From Trueperaceae bacterium (GTDB taxonomy: Bacteria > Deinococcota > Deinococci > Deinococcales > Trueperaceae): DNA of 64,000 nucleotides. Positions 39,025 through 48,487 of this stretch are shown in pieces. The stretch lies in contig JAXHLW010000013.1 of assembly GCA_034521815.1 (NCBI GenBank), forward strand, positions 1,024,001 to 1,088,000. Reading direction: 5' to 3'. Under the pieces are notes generated by a model. That model was not told the DNA's origin. It did no database searches and saw only the letters and a list, made by a program, of their open reading frames with translations. A program made the translations under genes and the position numbers. Position 1 is the stretch's first letter, and every line of letters begins with the position of its first letter.

Positions 39025-41031
39025 TCAGATGCGCCGGCTCGGGATCGTCGTGCTCGGCAGGTACGCGGCGACGACCTGCTGCGCGCCGTGCACGCAGATG
39101 AACGTGCCCGCGCCCAGCCGCTCGACCAGGTGCTCACGGAACGACCCGATCACCTGACCGGGCAGCATCGCGACGAGGTGGTCCGCGCCGCGAATGCCGT
39201 AGCGCCGAACCGTTATCGTCCGCCCGTTGACGGTGATGTCGACCGGATCGCCCACGAACGGAACGACCGCGGCAGGCTCGGCGGACGGGTCGGTCGCGCC
39301 GATGAGCGCGATCGCGTCGGCCAGCGCGTCGGGCGACCCGTAGAGCGCCAGCAACGCGCGCTGCACGAACCCGCGCAGCCAGCCTTCGTCGAGCTCGCTT
39401 CCGATGCCCCTGGCCGCGCCCTGCATCAGCCGATGGATCGCCTCGCGTCGGTCCGGCGCCTTGCCTACGATCTGCCCGGCGCGGCGGATGGCGTCGCTGA
39501 CCAGACTCGACGGATCGCCGGGCGCCCCCGGCGCGAGCATCCGGAGCACCGACAGCTGCACCTCGTGCTGGGCGCTGGCCAGCACGTGCAACGCCGCGGC
39601 CGCTTCGGCGACGCGAGAGGCCAACGACCCGCCACTCTCGCGCGCACGAAGATGCAGGTAGTCGCTCTCGAGGAACGTCTCGACCTCGTTCCCATCGACG
39701 AGGACGACGCGGTCTTCGTTCAGCGGCACCTCGACGTCGCCCACGTACAGGTGTCGTTCCTGGCCTTGCACCGTGATGGCGAGCTCGTGGCCCGCGAACG
39801 GCAGTCGTACCGGACCGGCGAGGCGTAGCGTCACGCTCCGGGCCGACCCGGGAAGGTCGGTCCGACGGAGACCCGGCGAGACCGCGAACAGCACGCCCCC
39901 GGAGAGCTGCGGCTCCTCGGCGGAGCCGCCTACCGACCGCGGGACGAGCTGCTCGAGGCGAGCGAAGAACGCCTCGACGTACTCCTTGAACTTCATCTGG
40001 TCGCGCCTGAGCATCGCGATCTGGCTCCGCTCCACCTCTTGCCTCTCGCGCAGCTGGCGCTCGAGATCGCTGCGCCGTGCCTGACGCTGCCAATCGGACA
40101 GCCTCTGGCGGGCGAGGTCGCGGAGCGCGGAACGCAGCTCCGACGCGTCGGGGCCGCGGGGCTCCACCGCGGACCGCTTGCCCGCATAGGGATCCTTGGT
40201 CACCTCGAGCGCCATTCGCCGCAGGTAGTCCAGCGACTGCCTTCGCTCGATCGGTGGCGCGGGATCGTGCGTCCTGAGCCGCATGACGGTGTCGACGACG
40301 TCGCGGGCGATCAGCACCAGGCTGTCGACGTCGGACAGCGACACCAGCGGATCGACGCGATCGGGTACCGGCTCGACGACCCGGAACTGGCGCAGGTTGG
40401 CGTCGTGCTCGAACGCCTTGGTCGCTCGGAACCGTTCGAAGTTGCGCATCGTCGCGTAGAGAACACGTGCGGTGATGCGTTCGCGCTCCGCGCGCCACGC
40501 CGCTGCCATGCCCTCGGCGAACCGCTCGACCTCGCGTCCGAACACCCGCTGGGCGAGGCGCTGGAGCACCTGCTGCTCGTAGCGCTCCGCGTCGGTCGGT
40601 GGCGCCGACGACTCGGGTCCCGCCAACAGAACGGCCTCGTCCGTGTCGCCGAACAGGAACTCGTCGGCGATGTCGAGCGACGCGCCCCCCGACCCGGTGA
40701 CCTCGAGGCGCGTTTCGCCTGCCCCGGACGTGCCCCAGTCGTCGTCCAGCGTCAGGTCTGGACTCTCGCCCACGACGAGATCGTCGAACGCCACCTCGGC
40801 GTCGGGGTCCGTGCGCTCCAACGCGGTTTCTCGCTGCCCCAGCTCCCGGCTCAGCGCCTCGTAGCGGGCACGCTGAACAGGCTCGAGCTTGTGGGCCATT
40901 TCGTCGATCTGCCGGCGAAGCCGCCAGATCGAGTCAGCCCCGCCGCGAACCGCCCTGCGGTGGCGCAGGTCGTCCATCTTGTACTCGAACAGCTCGAGCG
41001 CCAGGGTCAAGGAGGCCGTGTCGTGGAGCAT
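39025..41031 (-). CDS. Hypothetical protein (668 aa) with helical/coiled-coil and beta-rich regions
   Basis: Long ORF with normal coding bias; TATACT just upstream of ATG 41031; no recognisable motif. Confidence 0.8.
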   Translation of the reverse strand: MLHDTASLTLALELFEYKMDDLRHRRAVRGGADSIWRLRRQIDEMAHKLEPVQRARYEALSRELGQRETALERTDPDAEVAFDDLVVGESPDLTLDDDWGTSGAGETRLEVTGSGGASLDIADEFLFGDTDEAVLLAGPESSAPPTDAERYEQQVLQRLAQRVFGREVERFAEGMAAAWRAERERITARVLYATMRNFERFRATKAFEHDANLRQFRVVEPVPDRVDPLVSLSDVDSLVLIARDVVDTVMRLRTHDPAPPIERRQSLDYLRRMALEVTKDPYAGKRSAVEPRGPDASELRSALRDLARQRLSDWQRQARRSDLERQLRERQEVERSQIAMLRRDQMKFKEYVEAFFARLEQLVPRSVGGSAEEPQLSGGVLFAVSPGLRRTDLPGSARSVTLRLAGPVRLPFAGHELAITVQGQERHLYVGDVEVPLNEDRVVLVDGNEVETFLESDYLHLRARESGGSLASRVAEAAAALHVLASAQHEVQLSVLRMLAPGAPGDPSSLVSDAIRRAGQIVGKAPDRREAIHRLMQGAARGIGSELDEGWLRGFVQRALLALYGSPDALADAIALIGATDPSAEPAAVVPFVGDPVDITVNGRTITVRRYGIRGADHLVAMLPGQVIGSFREHLVERLGAGTFICVHGAQQVVAAYLPSTTIPSRRI

Positions 41032-41185
41032 CTTGGCGCGAGTATACGTATCCCTCTCGGCGACGGGCGCGAAAGGCCCCACACCGTGGTCCGGGACACC
41101 GTGATCCAGCGCGCTTGACGGCCCTCGGCCCCTGGGGGATGATGACCGTGGACGGGCGGTGTTTCGCCCGAGGAGGTCTAGGCCA

Positions 41186-41422
41186 ATGCCCCACATCATC
41201 GCCGAGCCGTGCATCGGCACGAAGGATCAGGCATGCGTCGACGTCTGCCCCGTCGAGTGCATCTACGAGGCGGACGACCAGTTCTACATCCACCCCGAGG
41301 AGTGCATCGACTGCGGAGCGTGCATCCCCGCCTGCCCCGTCGACGCGATCTTCCCCGAGGAGGACGTGCCAGCCGAGTGGGAATCGTTCATCAAGAAGAA
41401 CTACACCCTTTCGGGGCTCTGA
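41186..41422 (+). CDS. fdx: 7Fe-type ferredoxin
   Basis: C-x7-CVDVCP and CIDCGACIPACP; AGGAGG SD. Confidence 0.93.
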   Translation: MPHIIAEPCIGTKDQACVDVCPVECIYEADDQFYIHPEECIDCGACIPACPVDAIFPEEDVPAEWESFIKKNYTLSGL

Positions 41423-41460
41423 TCCGACGCGTCTGATCCGACGCTACCGATCGCTCGACG

Positions 41461-42573
41461 CTAAGAATCCGTGCTCGGCCGCTCGGCCCCCTGGGCCAGG
41501 CGGCCGAGCACCGTCGTGACGACCTCGACCGACGAATCGAACTCGGCGAGCACCAGGTGCTCGCCGGGAGCATGATCCAGGCCGGCGTCGCCCGGGCCGT
41601 AGGCCAGCGTCGGGACCGGCCACCTGTCTGCCACGACGTTCCAGTCGCTGGTGCCGGTCTTGACGACGGTCCGGGACCGACCTCCGTGCGCCCGGATCGC
41701 GATCCGGAACGCCCGCGCGAGCGAGCTGTCGCGGTCGCCACGTACGGCCGGGATCCCTTCGATCGTGGTCACCTGCAGCCCGTTCCCCAGCTCCGCCTCG
41801 TCGACGAGCCCGCGAACCCGATCGGGTGGCCAGGCGGGCGGCAGACGAAGGCCCACGGTCGCGGACGCACGCTCGGTCACGCCGTCGTGATCGTGGTCCA
41901 GGGCCAGCACCGTGGTCTGGATCCGATCGAAGGCACGCCCGTGCTCCTCGTCACCATTGACGGCGCGCATCGCCGCGAACAGTCGGCCGAGGCCCCACAC
42001 CAAGCGGTCGGCGGCCGACGGGTCGGGACCGGCCGAATGCCCGCCGGGCGCGACGCAGGTCAGCTGCAGCCGCAGATGCCCCTTGTAGCCCAGCGTCATC
42101 GCGTCCCAGCCGGACGGCTCGCAGATCACCAGCAGATCGGGGACCGGCTGCGTCTCGACCACGTGACGGGCACCGACGCTGCCGGGAGCCTCCTCGCCGA
42201 CCGCACCGATCACCCGGACGGTGAGCGCCTCGCGCACCACAGCAGCGGTCCGGGCCGTGGCGGCCAGCGCGGCGCACAACGGGCCCTTCGCGTCCACCGA
42301 CCCTCGGCCGTACAGGGCGCCGCCGCGTACCTCGACGGGAACGACGCCCGGCACCGTGTCGACGTGGCCCAGGAACGTGACCGCGAGCGGTCCGCGACCG
42401 TGACGAATCGTGAGATTGCCCGCTCCGTCCACGGTCGCCTCGTCCACGCGGTCGACCATCGCGTCCCTGAGCCGACCGACGACCGGAGCCTCGCGACCCG
42501 ACGGGCTGGGGGTCTCGACGGCCAGCTCGAGCAGCGACCGCGCGAACGTGTCCGTCTCGGCGCTCGTGCGCGT
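41461..42573 (-). CDS. lysK: LysW-gamma-L-lysine carboxypeptidase (M20)
   Basis: PSPSGRE, GHVDTV, GRGSVDAKGP, EE, EPSG, GYKG, YGPGD..LDH; start codon unclear (ACG at 42573). Confidence 0.88.
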   Translation of the reverse strand, partial: TRTSAETDTFARSLLELAVETPSPSGREAPVVGRLRDAMVDRVDEATVDGAGNLTIRHGRGPLAVTFLGHVDTVPGVVPVEVRGGALYGRGSVDAKGPLCAALAATARTAAVVREALTVRVIGAVGEEAPGSVGARHVVETQPVPDLLVICEPSGWDAMTLGYKGHLRLQLTCVAPGGHSAGPDPSAADRLVWGLGRLFAAMRAVNGDEEHGRAFDRIQTTVLALDHDHDGVTERASATVGLRLPPAWPPDRVRGLVDEAELGNGLQVTTIEGIPAVRGDRDSSLARAFRIAIRAHGGRSRTVVKTGTSDWNVVADRWPVPTLAYGPGDAGLDHAPGEHLVLAEFDSSVEVVTTVLGRLAQGAERPSTDS

Positions 42574-42574
42574 C

Positions 42575-43789
42575 TCAGGCCTCCTGCCGCGCCCCGGCGG
42601 TGTCCGCCAGCGCGCCGCGAAGCGCCTCGACCGCTTCGTCGGCCTCCGCTTCGCTGATCACCAGCGGCGGCACGAAACGGATCACGGTCGCGCCCGCGTT
42701 GATCGCCAGCACGCCGCGATCCTCGAGCGCCGCCAGCACCGGTGCGACCTTCTCCTTCAGCTCGACGCCCAGCATCAGTCCCAGCCCGCGCACCTCGCGG
42801 ATGCGCGGCTCGTCCGCGGCCAGCGCGTCGAGCCGCTCGCGCAGGTGGGCGCCCACGGTGCGGACGTGCTCCAGCAGCCCGCCCTGCAGCTCTTGGAGCA
42901 CCACCCTGCCCGCCGCGGCGGAGAGGGGGTTTCCCCCGAACGTCGTCCCGTGACCGCCTTTCGGCATCGCGGCGGCGACGTCGTCCGTCATCAGGACCGC
43001 GCCGATCGGGACGCCCCCTCCGAGCCCCTTCGCCATGGTCGCGACGTCGGCCTCGACGCCGAAGTGCTCGTGAGCCAGGAAGCGGCCGGTGCGCCCGGCG
43101 CCCGACTGGATCTCGTCGAACACGAGCAGCGCGCCGCGCTCGCGGGTGATGCGACGCGCCTCGCGCACGAACTCGACGTCCGCGGGATGGATTCCGCCCT
43201 CCCCTTGCACCGGCTCCAGCACCACGGCGGCGACGTCGTCGTCGACGGCCGCGTCGAGCTCCGCGACGTCGCCGTAGCCGACGAACCGCGCCTGGTGCCC
43301 GAGGGGCTCGAACGGCTCGCGGTACGCCTGCGTCCAGGTGAGCGGCAGCACGCCCAGCGTGCGGCCGGAGAAGCCCCGCTTCGTCGCGACGAAGGTCGAT
43401 CGACCCGTCGCGGCGCGGGCCCACTTGAGCGCGCCCTCGTTCGCCTCGGAGCCGGAGCTGCACAGGAACGCGCGCGTCAGCGGCGCGGGGGCCAGCTCGA
43501 ACAGCGCCTCGAGGAAGTCCGTGCGGGTGTCGTTCGCGAGGTTCTGTGGACTCACGATCAGACGTCCGGCCTGCTCGCAGATCGCGGCGGTCAGGGCCGG
43601 ATGGGCGTGGCCCAGCGACGCCACGGCGATGCCGGCCATCAGGTCCAGGAACTCGTTCCCGTCGGCGTCGTAGATGCGGCAGCCGTCGCCGCGCACGAAC
43701 GCCTGGCGCGGGGACCAGAGGCCGGAGTTGTGATGGGCGTCGCGCGCGATGAGCTCGGCGCTGGCGGGGTTGCGAGGGGACTCGGGCAT
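42575..43789 (-). CDS. lysJ: LysW-aminoadipate semialdehyde aminotransferase (class III PLP)
   Basis: [47 protein letters not shown]. Confidence 0.92.
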   Translation of the reverse strand: MPESPRNPASAELIARDAHHNSGLWSPRQAFVRGDGCRIYDADGNEFLDLMAGIAVASLGHAHPALTAAICEQAGRLIVSPQNLANDTRTDFLEALFELAPAPLTRAFLCSSGSEANEGALKWARAATGRSTFVATKRGFSGRTLGVLPLTWTQAYREPFEPLGHQARFVGYGDVAELDAAVDDDVAAVVLEPVQGEGGIHPADVEFVREARRITRERGALLVFDEIQSGAGRTGRFLAHEHFGVEADVATMAKGLGGGVPIGAVLMTDDVAAAMPKGGHGTTFGGNPLSAAAGRVVLQELQGGLLEHVRTVGAHLRERLDALAADEPRIREVRGLGLMLGVELKEKVAPVLAALEDRGVLAINAGATVIRFVPPLVISEAEADEAVEALRGALADTAGARQEA

Positions 43790-43862
43790 GCAAGGACCTC
43801 CTGAGTGCGGGTCGTCTCGGTCGATGATCGCGCACGGCGAAGCGAGCGCCGTGCAGGCGGGC

Positions 43863-44666
43863 TCAGGCCACCACGGTACCCCTGCCGGCCAGCGCTGCGC
43901 GCACGGGACCGTCGCAGCGCGCGTCGCCCAGGACGACGCGGGCCACGCCGCCCTGCACGGCGGCGAGGGCACCGTCGATCTTGGCGCGCATCCGTCCTCG
44001 CGCCCAGCGCCGAGCGTCCGCCGGTTCCGACGCGTCGACGCGGGCCACCAGGCTGCCGTCGTCGTTCACGTCGCGCAAGAGTCCGGGGACGTTCGACAGG
44101 AGGATCAGCGCGTCGGCTCGCAACGCGATCGCCACGGCCGCCGCGGCGCGGTCGCCGTCGACGTTGATCGCGACGCCCTCCTCCGAGATTCCGGGCGGCG
44201 ACAGGACCGGCAGGTGGCCGGCCGTGATCAGCGTCCGCAACAGGCCATCGTTGACGCGGTCGACCGTTCCGGTGTGATCATCACGAAGCAGCTTGACCTT
44301 GTCGCCCTCGACCGAGCGGACGGTGGCCTTGCGCCGACCCTCCAGGATGCGACCGTCGATGCCCGACAAGCCCACGGCGTCCGCTCCGGCCGCTTGGAGG
44401 CGCTCGACGATCGCCTTGTTCGCGCGGCCGCAGTACACCATCTCGAAGATCTCCAAGGTGCGCCGGTCGGTGTAGCGGCTCACGCGGCCGCTGGGGCTCG
44501 TCACGAACGTCGGTGGGTGTCCCAGCGCCACGGCCAGCCGGTTCGTCTCGTCGCTGCCGCCGTGCACCAGCACCACCTCTTCCCCGCCGAGGTGCAACGC
44601 GGCCACGTCGTCCACGACGTTCGCCGGGTCGATCCCTGCGCCGCCACCGACCTTGACGACGATCAC
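43863..44666 (-). CDS. lysZ: LysW-aminoadipate kinase
   Basis: VIVVKVGG, VHGGS, SPSGRVSRYTD, NVDGDRAAA. Confidence 0.93.
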   Translation of the reverse strand: MIVVKVGGGAGIDPANVVDDVAALHLGGEEVVLVHGGSDETNRLAVALGHPPTFVTSPSGRVSRYTDRRTLEIFEMVYCGRANKAIVERLQAAGADAVGLSGIDGRILEGRRKATVRSVEGDKVKLLRDDHTGTVDRVNDGLLRTLITAGHLPVLSPPGISEEGVAINVDGDRAAAAVAIALRADALILLSNVPGLLRDVNDDGSLVARVDASEPADARRWARGRMRAKIDGALAAVQGGVARVVLGDARCDGPVRAALAGRGTVVA

Positions 44667-45934
44667 GGTCGACGCTCTCCACCGCTCGCGAGCCACGGCT
44701 CGCGAGCCCCGCTTCGGACGGCGTCGGCCACGTCCTTGGGAACGCCGCCAGGCACGACCGCCCGCTGGACGCCGAGGTAGTGCGCGAAGCGCGAGACCGC
44801 CGCCGCGAGCTCGTCCAGGAACGCCGCTCGGCCACCGTGGCTCCGCGCGACGGTGGCCTCGGCCTCCGCTTCCCACCACCATCGGCGCAGACGCAACGCG
44901 GGCCCGCCGGTCGCGCTGGCGTCGCGGATCGCGTCGATGCGGGCGACGAAGCGGTCGCCACGGACGACGGGAAGGACGTAGTACCCCCAGCGCCGCTGCG
45001 CCGCGGGCTTGTACACCTCCCACAGGTAGTCGAACCCGAACGTCGCGCGGAGTCCTGGCCGGTCCCAGAGCAGGGGATCGAGAGGGGCGACGAAGCGTAC
45101 CCCCGGCGCAGGCGACGTTCCCTCGAGCGCTTCCAGCCAGCCGGGAGCGGCGTGATGGGGCGCGCCGTCGACCTCGACCTCGCTCAGCTCGCCTCGGGCC
45201 ACGAGCTCGGCGATGGCGCGGTGACGGACCGCGGCGGGCGCGTGCAGGCTCCACACTTCGGCCGGCGCGGTCGGCCGCAACAGGCCGGTGGCCCGGTGCC
45301 GGTCCGCGACCAGTCGCCGAACCGCGTCGGCATCCGACGGCGTCGGCCGGGCCAGCACCGACGCGGGCAGGACGCGCTCGATCAGGTCGTAGACGTGACG
45401 GCCGTGCTCACGGCGTCGCGTGGCGACGCGGCCCGTGTGCCACAAGGCCCGCAGGATCCGCTTCGCGAGCCTCGGCCCGTACCAGCTGTCGCGCCAGGCG
45501 TGAACGTGCGTGTCCAGGTCCACCGAGGCCGCGTCGAGCGGGCCGCGGTCGTGCAGCTGGCCGACCACCTCGGCGGTCTCGTCCGGCCAGGGCCGCAGCA
45601 CCTCCTCGAGCCAGCGGTCGCCGTTCCAGCGATGGTAGATGCGCCTCGCAGGCTGGCCGTCGATGTCGATCAGGCTGGCCTGCTTGTCCCAGCCGTCGTA
45701 GCCGACGCGCTCCTCGTACAGCGGCTCCCGCCAGTCACCGATCCGGTAGCCCGGCACCCGGGCCGCGAACACCAGGTCGTGGTTGCAGCCGAGCGGCGCG
45801 AGCGGGTCGTACTGCACGCTGGCGTGGCGCGCCAGAACGCCGCCGACGTCCGTGGGCGCGAAGTGGTACGCCAGGCTGGCTCGTAACGCGTCGCGCGCGC
45901 CCACCCGTCGCGCGGCGTCCCTGCCGACCGTCAC
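44663..45934 (-). CDS. YcaQ/AlkZ-family (HTH_42) DNA crosslink-repair glycosylase
   Basis: SVQYDP (QxD), APLDPLLWDR, FGFDYLWEVYKP..RRWGYYVLP, FVARID. Confidence 0.87.
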   Translation of the reverse strand: MTVGRDAARRVGARDALRASLAYHFAPTDVGGVLARHASVQYDPLAPLGCNHDLVFAARVPGYRIGDWREPLYEERVGYDGWDKQASLIDIDGQPARRIYHRWNGDRWLEEVLRPWPDETAEVVGQLHDRGPLDAASVDLDTHVHAWRDSWYGPRLAKRILRALWHTGRVATRRREHGRHVYDLIERVLPASVLARPTPSDADAVRRLVADRHRATGLLRPTAPAEVWSLHAPAAVRHRAIAELVARGELSEVEVDGAPHHAAPGWLEALEGTSPAPGVRFVAPLDPLLWDRPGLRATFGFDYLWEVYKPAAQRRWGYYVLPVVRGDRFVARIDAIRDASATGGPALRLRRWWWEAEAEATVARSHGGRAAFLDELAAAVSRFAHYLGVQRAVVPGGVPKDVADAVRSGAREPWLASGGERRP

Positions 45935-47040
45935 GGGTGGAGACCGGGGAAGCTCAGCCCGCTGGTCTCGTCCCACCCCACGGCGACGTTCAGCGCCTGG
46001 ACCGCCTGGCCCGCCGTTCCCTTCACCAGGTTGTCGATCGCGCTCATCACCACCAGGCGCCCGCTGTCGCGGTCGAGAGCGAACCCCAGGTCGCACCAGT
46101 TGCTCCCGTCCAGAATCCGGGGGTCGGGAACACGGTGGATGCCGCGGCGAGCCAGCACCAGCCTCACGAACGGCTCGTCCTCGTAGCTGTCACGGAGCGC
46201 CATGAGAACGTCCTGCTCGCTGGTTCCGTCCTGGACGAACAGGTGCGCGGCGACCAGGATGCCGCGCACCCGCTCGACCGCGGTCGCCGTCAGGTGGACG
46301 CGGAGGCGGCCTCCGAACGCCTGGGCGATCTCGGGCTCGTGCCGATGGCCGACCGGCGCGTAGGTGCGGATCGCGCCGGCTCGCTCCGGGTGGTGCCCGG
46401 ACGGACCGGGGCGTGCGCCGGCGGCCGACGAGCCGATCTTGGCGTCGAGGATCGCGTCGCCCTTCGCGAGGATCGCGTGACGCACGAACGGCGCGAGCGC
46501 CAGCTGGGAGGCCGTCGCGATGCAGCCTGCGCCCGCGATCCGCGTGGCGCCGCGGAGGCGTGCCCGGTTCAGCTCCGGGACGCCGTACACGAACGTGCCC
46601 AGCAGCTCGGGTCTCGGGTGGGGCCGCCCGTAGGCACGGCGATACGTGTCGGGGTCGGTCAGCCGCAGATCGGACGAGAGGTCGACGAGCCTGGACGCCG
46701 TCTGGGCGAAACGATCGTAGTGCAGGGCGAACGTTCCGTGGGGCAGCGCAGCGATCAGGACGTCGCACGGCTCCAGCGCGTCCAGCGCCGTGAAGCGTAG
46801 ACGGGAGACGCCACGCAGGTTGGGGTGGACGTTCCCGATCGGCTGTCCGGCGTGGCGCTCGCTGGTGACCTGGACCACCTCGAGGTTGGGGTGCTGGAGC
46901 GCGATGCGGAGCGCCTCGCCTCCGGCGTAGCCCGACGCCCCGACGATGCCGACGGTCAGCCGCTCGGGCGCGGTGCCGGCGCGATCGATCGGCCCGCCGG
47001 TCGCATCCGTCGCGCTCGCTCCCCTGGCACCGTCGCTCAT
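45931..47040 (-). CDS. lysY: LysW-aminoadipyl phosphate reductase (ArgC-like)
   Basis: GASGYAGGE, ALPHG, DLSSDLRL, YGVPE, GCIAT, HRHEPEI, DNLVKGTAGQAVQ. Confidence 0.92.
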   Translation of the reverse strand: MSDGARGASATDATGGPIDRAGTAPERLTVGIVGASGYAGGEALRIALQHPNLEVVQVTSERHAGQPIGNVHPNLRGVSRLRFTALDALEPCDVLIAALPHGTFALHYDRFAQTASRLVDLSSDLRLTDPDTYRRAYGRPHPRPELLGTFVYGVPELNRARLRGATRIAGAGCIATASQLALAPFVRHAILAKGDAILDAKIGSSAAGARPGPSGHHPERAGAIRTYAPVGHRHEPEIAQAFGGRLRVHLTATAVERVRGILVAAHLFVQDGTSEQDVLMALRDSYEDEPFVRLVLARRGIHRVPDPRILDGSNWCDLGFALDRDSGRLVVMSAIDNLVKGTAGQAVQALNVAVGWDETSGLSFPGLHP

Positions 47041-47045
47041 GACGC

Positions 47046-47993
47046 TCACTGTAAGGCGGGCAGCGGCGTCGATGCGCCAGCGCTCCTGGACGCTCGCTCT
47101 CCGCTCGTCCGGGCTCGTTCCGTCAGGTACGCCGCGATCTCGGCCGGAATGTCCACGCCGGTGGGCCCGACCGAGTTCCTGAACTCGAGGCCGTGGTTGA
47201 CCTCGCTCACCAGCAGGCCGCGCGACGACTCCAGCAGGTCGACCGCCAGCACGCCGCCGCCGACGGCCCCAGCGGCTGCGAGCGCGATCCGCTCCAGCGC
47301 GGCGTCGACCGCCACGCCGCGCACGACGGCGCCGCGGGCCGTGTTCGTCCGCCAGTCGTCGCCCTCGCGAGCGATGGCGGCGACGACCCGGTCTGCGACC
47401 ACGAAGGCGCGCAGGTCCCGGCCCGGCTTGTCGACGTGCTCTTGGACGTAGAACAGCTGGTGCGACGGTCCGCCCAGAACCTGCTTGTGCTCGAGCAGCG
47501 CATGAATCGCATCGGCGTCGCGGCAGCGGGCGACCATGCGTCCCCAGCTTCCGACGACGGGCTTGACGACGACGGGCCAGCCCAGCTCCTCGCACGCCCC
47601 GATCACCGTCTCGGGCGAGAAGGCCAGGAAGGTGCGCGGCTGCGGCACCCCGGCAGCGGCCAGGGCCGCGCTGGTGGCCGCCTTGTCGCCGCACGTCTCG
47701 ATCACCCGGGCGCGGTTGACGACGTCGGCGCCATCGGCCTCGAGCGCCCTGGCGATCGCCAAGGTGCGGGCGTGCGAGAGCGTGCGCAGCAACACCACCT
47801 CGCCGTCGATGCGGCGTGCGCCCGCCTCCCAGCGCCAGTGCGGGGCGTAGACCCGCTCGACGTCGGCTCCGGCCCGCTCCAGGGCCGCGAAGAGCATCGT
47901 CTCCTCCGGCCGCAGGCGATCGTGAACCAAGGCGACCTTGGGCGCGGAGCCGCCGACCGCGGACACGCCCGCGGACACGCCCGCGGGGCTCAC
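47046..47993 (-). CDS. lysX: Alpha-aminoadipate--LysW ligase (RimK-like ATP-grasp)
   Basis: KPVVGSWGR, YVQEHVDKPGRDLR, WRTNTARG, EVNHGLEFRNS. Confidence 0.93.
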   Translation of the reverse strand: MSPAGVSAGVSAVGGSAPKVALVHDRLRPEETMLFAALERAGADVERVYAPHWRWEAGARRIDGEVVLLRTLSHARTLAIARALEADGADVVNRARVIETCGDKAATSAALAAAGVPQPRTFLAFSPETVIGACEELGWPVVVKPVVGSWGRMVARCRDADAIHALLEHKQVLGGPSHQLFYVQEHVDKPGRDLRAFVVADRVVAAIAREGDDWRTNTARGAVVRGVAVDAALERIALAAAGAVGGGVLAVDLLESSRGLLVSEVNHGLEFRNSVGPTGVDIPAEIAAYLTERARTSGERASRSAGASTPLPALQ

Positions 47994-48154
47994 TCGCCCC
48001 AGTCCTCGGCCTCCTCGGGCGCGGGCTCGAAGCGAAGCGGCTCGAGCGACACGACCTCGAGCTCCACGCCGTCATCGCTCACGACGAGCTCTCCGAGCTC
48101 GAGGAGAGCGGTGTCGACGTCCAGACGGCCGTACGGGGTGGTCAGGGTCTGCAT
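47990..48154 (-). CDS. lysW: Amino-group carrier protein LysW (54 aa, no cysteines)
   Basis: LGELV...ELEVVSLEP and C-terminal EEAEDWGE; GTGA overlap with lysX. Confidence 0.92.
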   Translation of the reverse strand: MQTLTTPYGRLDVDTALLELGELVVSDDGVELEVVSLEPLRFEPAPEEAEDWGE

Positions 48155-48273
48155 GGGGGTCGCCTTTCCGGGCGTTCGGCATCGCCGGAGGGCCGGACGA
48201 TCGCCTTCGATTCTTAAGTCGCCCTGCGCGACGTGCGGGTTCCAGCGTGGACGCCGCATCGCGTGCGACCTGC

Positions 48274-48302
48274 ATGCTACGCGTCCGTGGCATTTTCGTC
48301 AA
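48274..48302 (-). promoter_or_regulatory. Promoter of the lysW operon
   Basis: TTGACG (48302-48297), 17-nt spacer, TAGCAT (48279-48274). Confidence 0.65.
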
Positions 48303-48487
48303 GACCGTCCAGCACACGTATTTGTACGGTTTCGATACCGCGCGTCGATCGCCCTCGGCGCCGACGAAGCGGCGAAGGCGACATCGCCGACACCTCCGAT
48401 GTCCGAGCTCGAACCGCTCACTCCTTTCGATTCGTAGGCCGGCGTGCGAGCGTCGTCGCGGTCCCACCACACGGGTACGCTGACCCG

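Noticed and set aside
41461-48154. LysW cluster as an azinomycin/vazabitide-type biosynthetic gene cluster
   Set aside because: No transketolase pair, NRPS or tailoring genes, and LysX has the lysine-type signature; only the glycosylase linkage is kept as a finding
48155-48273. Lysine attenuator leader peptide or lysine riboswitch before lysW
   Set aside because: No short ORF with tandem Lys codons, and the leader (about 115 nt) is too short and lacks L-box motifs
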